Positions 61,687 to 64,000 of a stretch of DNA of 64,000 nt are shown here, one piece after another (within the stretch, counting starts at the first letter, position 1; every line of letters begins with the position of its first letter). The translations under genes were made by a program, and so were the position numbers. The stretch comes from Geosiphon pyriformis uo1 (taxonomy: Eukaryota > Fungi > Glomeromycota). The stretch covers positions 153,008 through 217,007 of the forward strand of contig JAAOMT010000603.1 of assembly GCA_016748015.1 (NCBI GenBank), written 5' to 3'. The notes below the pieces were generated by a model that did no database searches, had not been told where the DNA came from, and worked only from the letters and a program-made list of their open reading frames with translations.

Positions 61687-64000
61687 TTATTATTATTATT
61701 ATTATTATTTAATGAGCGAGGTCCAAACACTACCTAAAACTATACATCAAAGAAATAATCTAAACTAGGCGTGAATCATGCATTTTCCACATGTGACCAG
61801 CCATTCGAGCCAGTCAGGACAACACTACGCAATTATATTAACTGAAACCAGGTTACCAATATCTGAAAAAAAAGAGCAAAATTTGTGAAAGCCAAAACAG
61901 ATGCCAAAAGCTTCAATAACACCAAGCAGCTTAACCACGTCATCTGAGAATCTTGATGCCAAACCAGAAAGTGAGACGGAAACCAAGCCATCCACCAGGA
62001 TTAGGCCATTCTTTTCTATGTATGCATGATGCTTAGCATGGACCAACCAAATGTCATCCCTGAAAGCAACACAAATAGAGCATACAAAATCAGCAATTTT
62101 AACGCCAGCAATTTTGGGATTACGGAAGATGGAAACAGCCTCCTGAAGCCATCCTTTGAAAACAAAACCCTTGTAAAGAGCCAAGAACACCAGAAAATCT
62201 GAAGCACAGGTCAACAGCAGCTGTAAAACGCTTAAAGAAGGGAGGAAGAGACCAGAAAGCACCATTCAAGAAGACATACAGGATTCCAAAACCCGACGAT
62301 GAGCCGCACCATCAATTATACAAGAAAACACATAATTAGACATCTTCATCTCACCACAATACAGACACAAAACACTAGGGTAACATTTATCATAAACGCG
62401 CTTTCGAACAGCCACGGGAAGCTGATGGTGCAAAGCTTTCATGAAGTAAGTACAAATATCAGCAGTGCGCCTGCTGGTGAAACCAGCCACCATATGCAAA
62501 TCAGGGTACCAAACTCTAAAAGAGGCAAGCCAATCGACATCCGAGTGCAAATTACCAGCTAGAAACCCAGAACCAGAACCAACCTCTCAGCATGCCCAAC
62601 AAACAGCATGAAAAACATCTTGAACAAAGTGTCTAAAATTACCAGAAACAATACCACCATCTGCCAACAAAAAATGTTCATCCACACAAGGAGGAAGAAG
62701 CCAAACAGAGAGAGCTGCAGCATCAGCGATGCTATCAGCGCAATCATTTCCCAACACACCAGAGTGGCTCTTAACCTTGTGCCAGCTAATCCTCAAATTT
62801 TTTTTGTGGATAATATTCTTAATATGCTGGCACTCAACTCAACACCGATTTCAAAAGTCAGAATACATCAAGTTCACCTCCAACTTGCAAGCATCCAAAG
62901 CTGCCTGGCTATCTGAAAACAGGCAAACAGAATGATCTACAGACATGCACTCCAGAGCCAATGCTACAGCCTGCAACTCCACCAAAGTAAACGACATCAA
63001 ACCCTGAACACAGACACCCAAACCCAAGTTAATGTCCTCAAAAAAAGCAGCAGCTCCGGTCCTACAACCAGCCATGTCCAAATTTTTCACTGACCCATCC
63101 ATATACACAGACAAACTATCAGCGCTAATCCAAGAAAGATGATCACATACAGACACAAAATCATCAGAACCACAAATGTCCATAGGGCCAACACCACCCG
63201 AAGCCAAAGGAGAGGAAAATGCACCATTGAGGAATACAACAAAGTGCCCGAACCACTCAAGAACTGGACCACGAGGATCCAGTTTCTTCCATCACTTAAA
63301 AATGTACCAATCAAAAATATTCTCATGACAATCTTGAAGCTGATCCACAAAGGCAATGCCATAATGCCAAAGAAAAGACAAGTACTTGAAAAACAAGGAT
63401 TCGCCCAGAACAGCAGATATGGGCACCTCATCACGAAACCAAAAAGAGCTGGCCAAAGAGCCACCTAAAGACAAATTGCATTCAAGAAGAATGCGTACCA
63501 AACCTGACAAGAAATTATTGGAAACACTGACATAGATACGAGCCGGTGAACTCAATGGATGAATGGGGCGCCAACACAGAACTTGCAAGTCATAAGATCT
63601 GTGACTAAACAATTGACCCAGAACCCCGCAGGTGTTTGCAAAACTAATAAGTGAAGCAATCTTGCTTTCAGACTGACATTGTGAGAAGAACTTCAAACCA
63701 TAAAAGAAAGGATGATGAATTATGTTACTAGGAAAATTGAGAGGAAGACCAGATTTAAGTTTCAAACCCTTGCAAATCAGAGCATTCCACTTGTTGTACA
63801 CACTGACAGGGATAAAGCTGAACTGTGTCCTGTAGCTGACTATAGGATAGAGAACAGCCAACACCAGGTACAAGAACTGCTTATCTGAAACTGCTTTTTT
63901 TAGAACCAAATTGCTGAAAAAACGAACATCCGAATGCGTCTTAGCCAAACTAGGCTTAGAAAGACCATCAGATAAAAGAAAGATGCCAAGATACTGATGA
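61687..64000 (-). mobile_element. LINE copy 5 (same subfamily as copy 3), 3' part; continues beyond the window
   Basis: (TTA)n at 61687-61709 is the (TAA)n tail; 3' UTR nearly identical to copy 3; ORF2 stop 61825; RNase H VYMDGS..ELQAV..DSQ; CLYCGE. Confidence 0.95.

Overview
This is a gene-free, very AT-rich eukaryotic region (most likely fungal, Glomeromycotina-like; the taxon is inference) made almost entirely of decayed transposons. It holds five copies of an APE-RT-RNase H LINE family and one Tc1/mariner DD34E element. One LINE copy has been stretched from about 7 kb to about 36 kb (~5249-41474) by five LTR insertions, each with a 4-bp TSD and TGTTA...TAACA ends. Three of these are full-length Ty3/Gypsy elements: E1 5360-13103 (-), E3 14565-34648 (+), and E2 15572-25694 (-), which sits in the last bases of E3's 5' LTR. 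The other two are solo or collapsed LTRs. The most striking signal is an unorthodox architecture shared by the three divergent Gypsy elements. (i) Pol stops right after RNase H, and integrase follows a 57-64 nt A/C-rich spacer as a separate ORF with its own ATG. (ii) A homologous non-env ORF3 of about 210-220 aa lies between IN and the PPT. (iii) Gag has a long N-terminal extension, which in E2 and E3 starts at a conserved aaaGTGGCA with no ATG. (iv) E2 and E3 carry a multi-CxxC module, a dUTPase and a degenerate second dUTPase-like domain between PR and RT. E1 has a U_UUA_AAC -1 frameshift site at the gag stop. All copies are pseudogenised by pervasive C>T/G>A transitions. Coordinates were read by eye, and no database searches were run.
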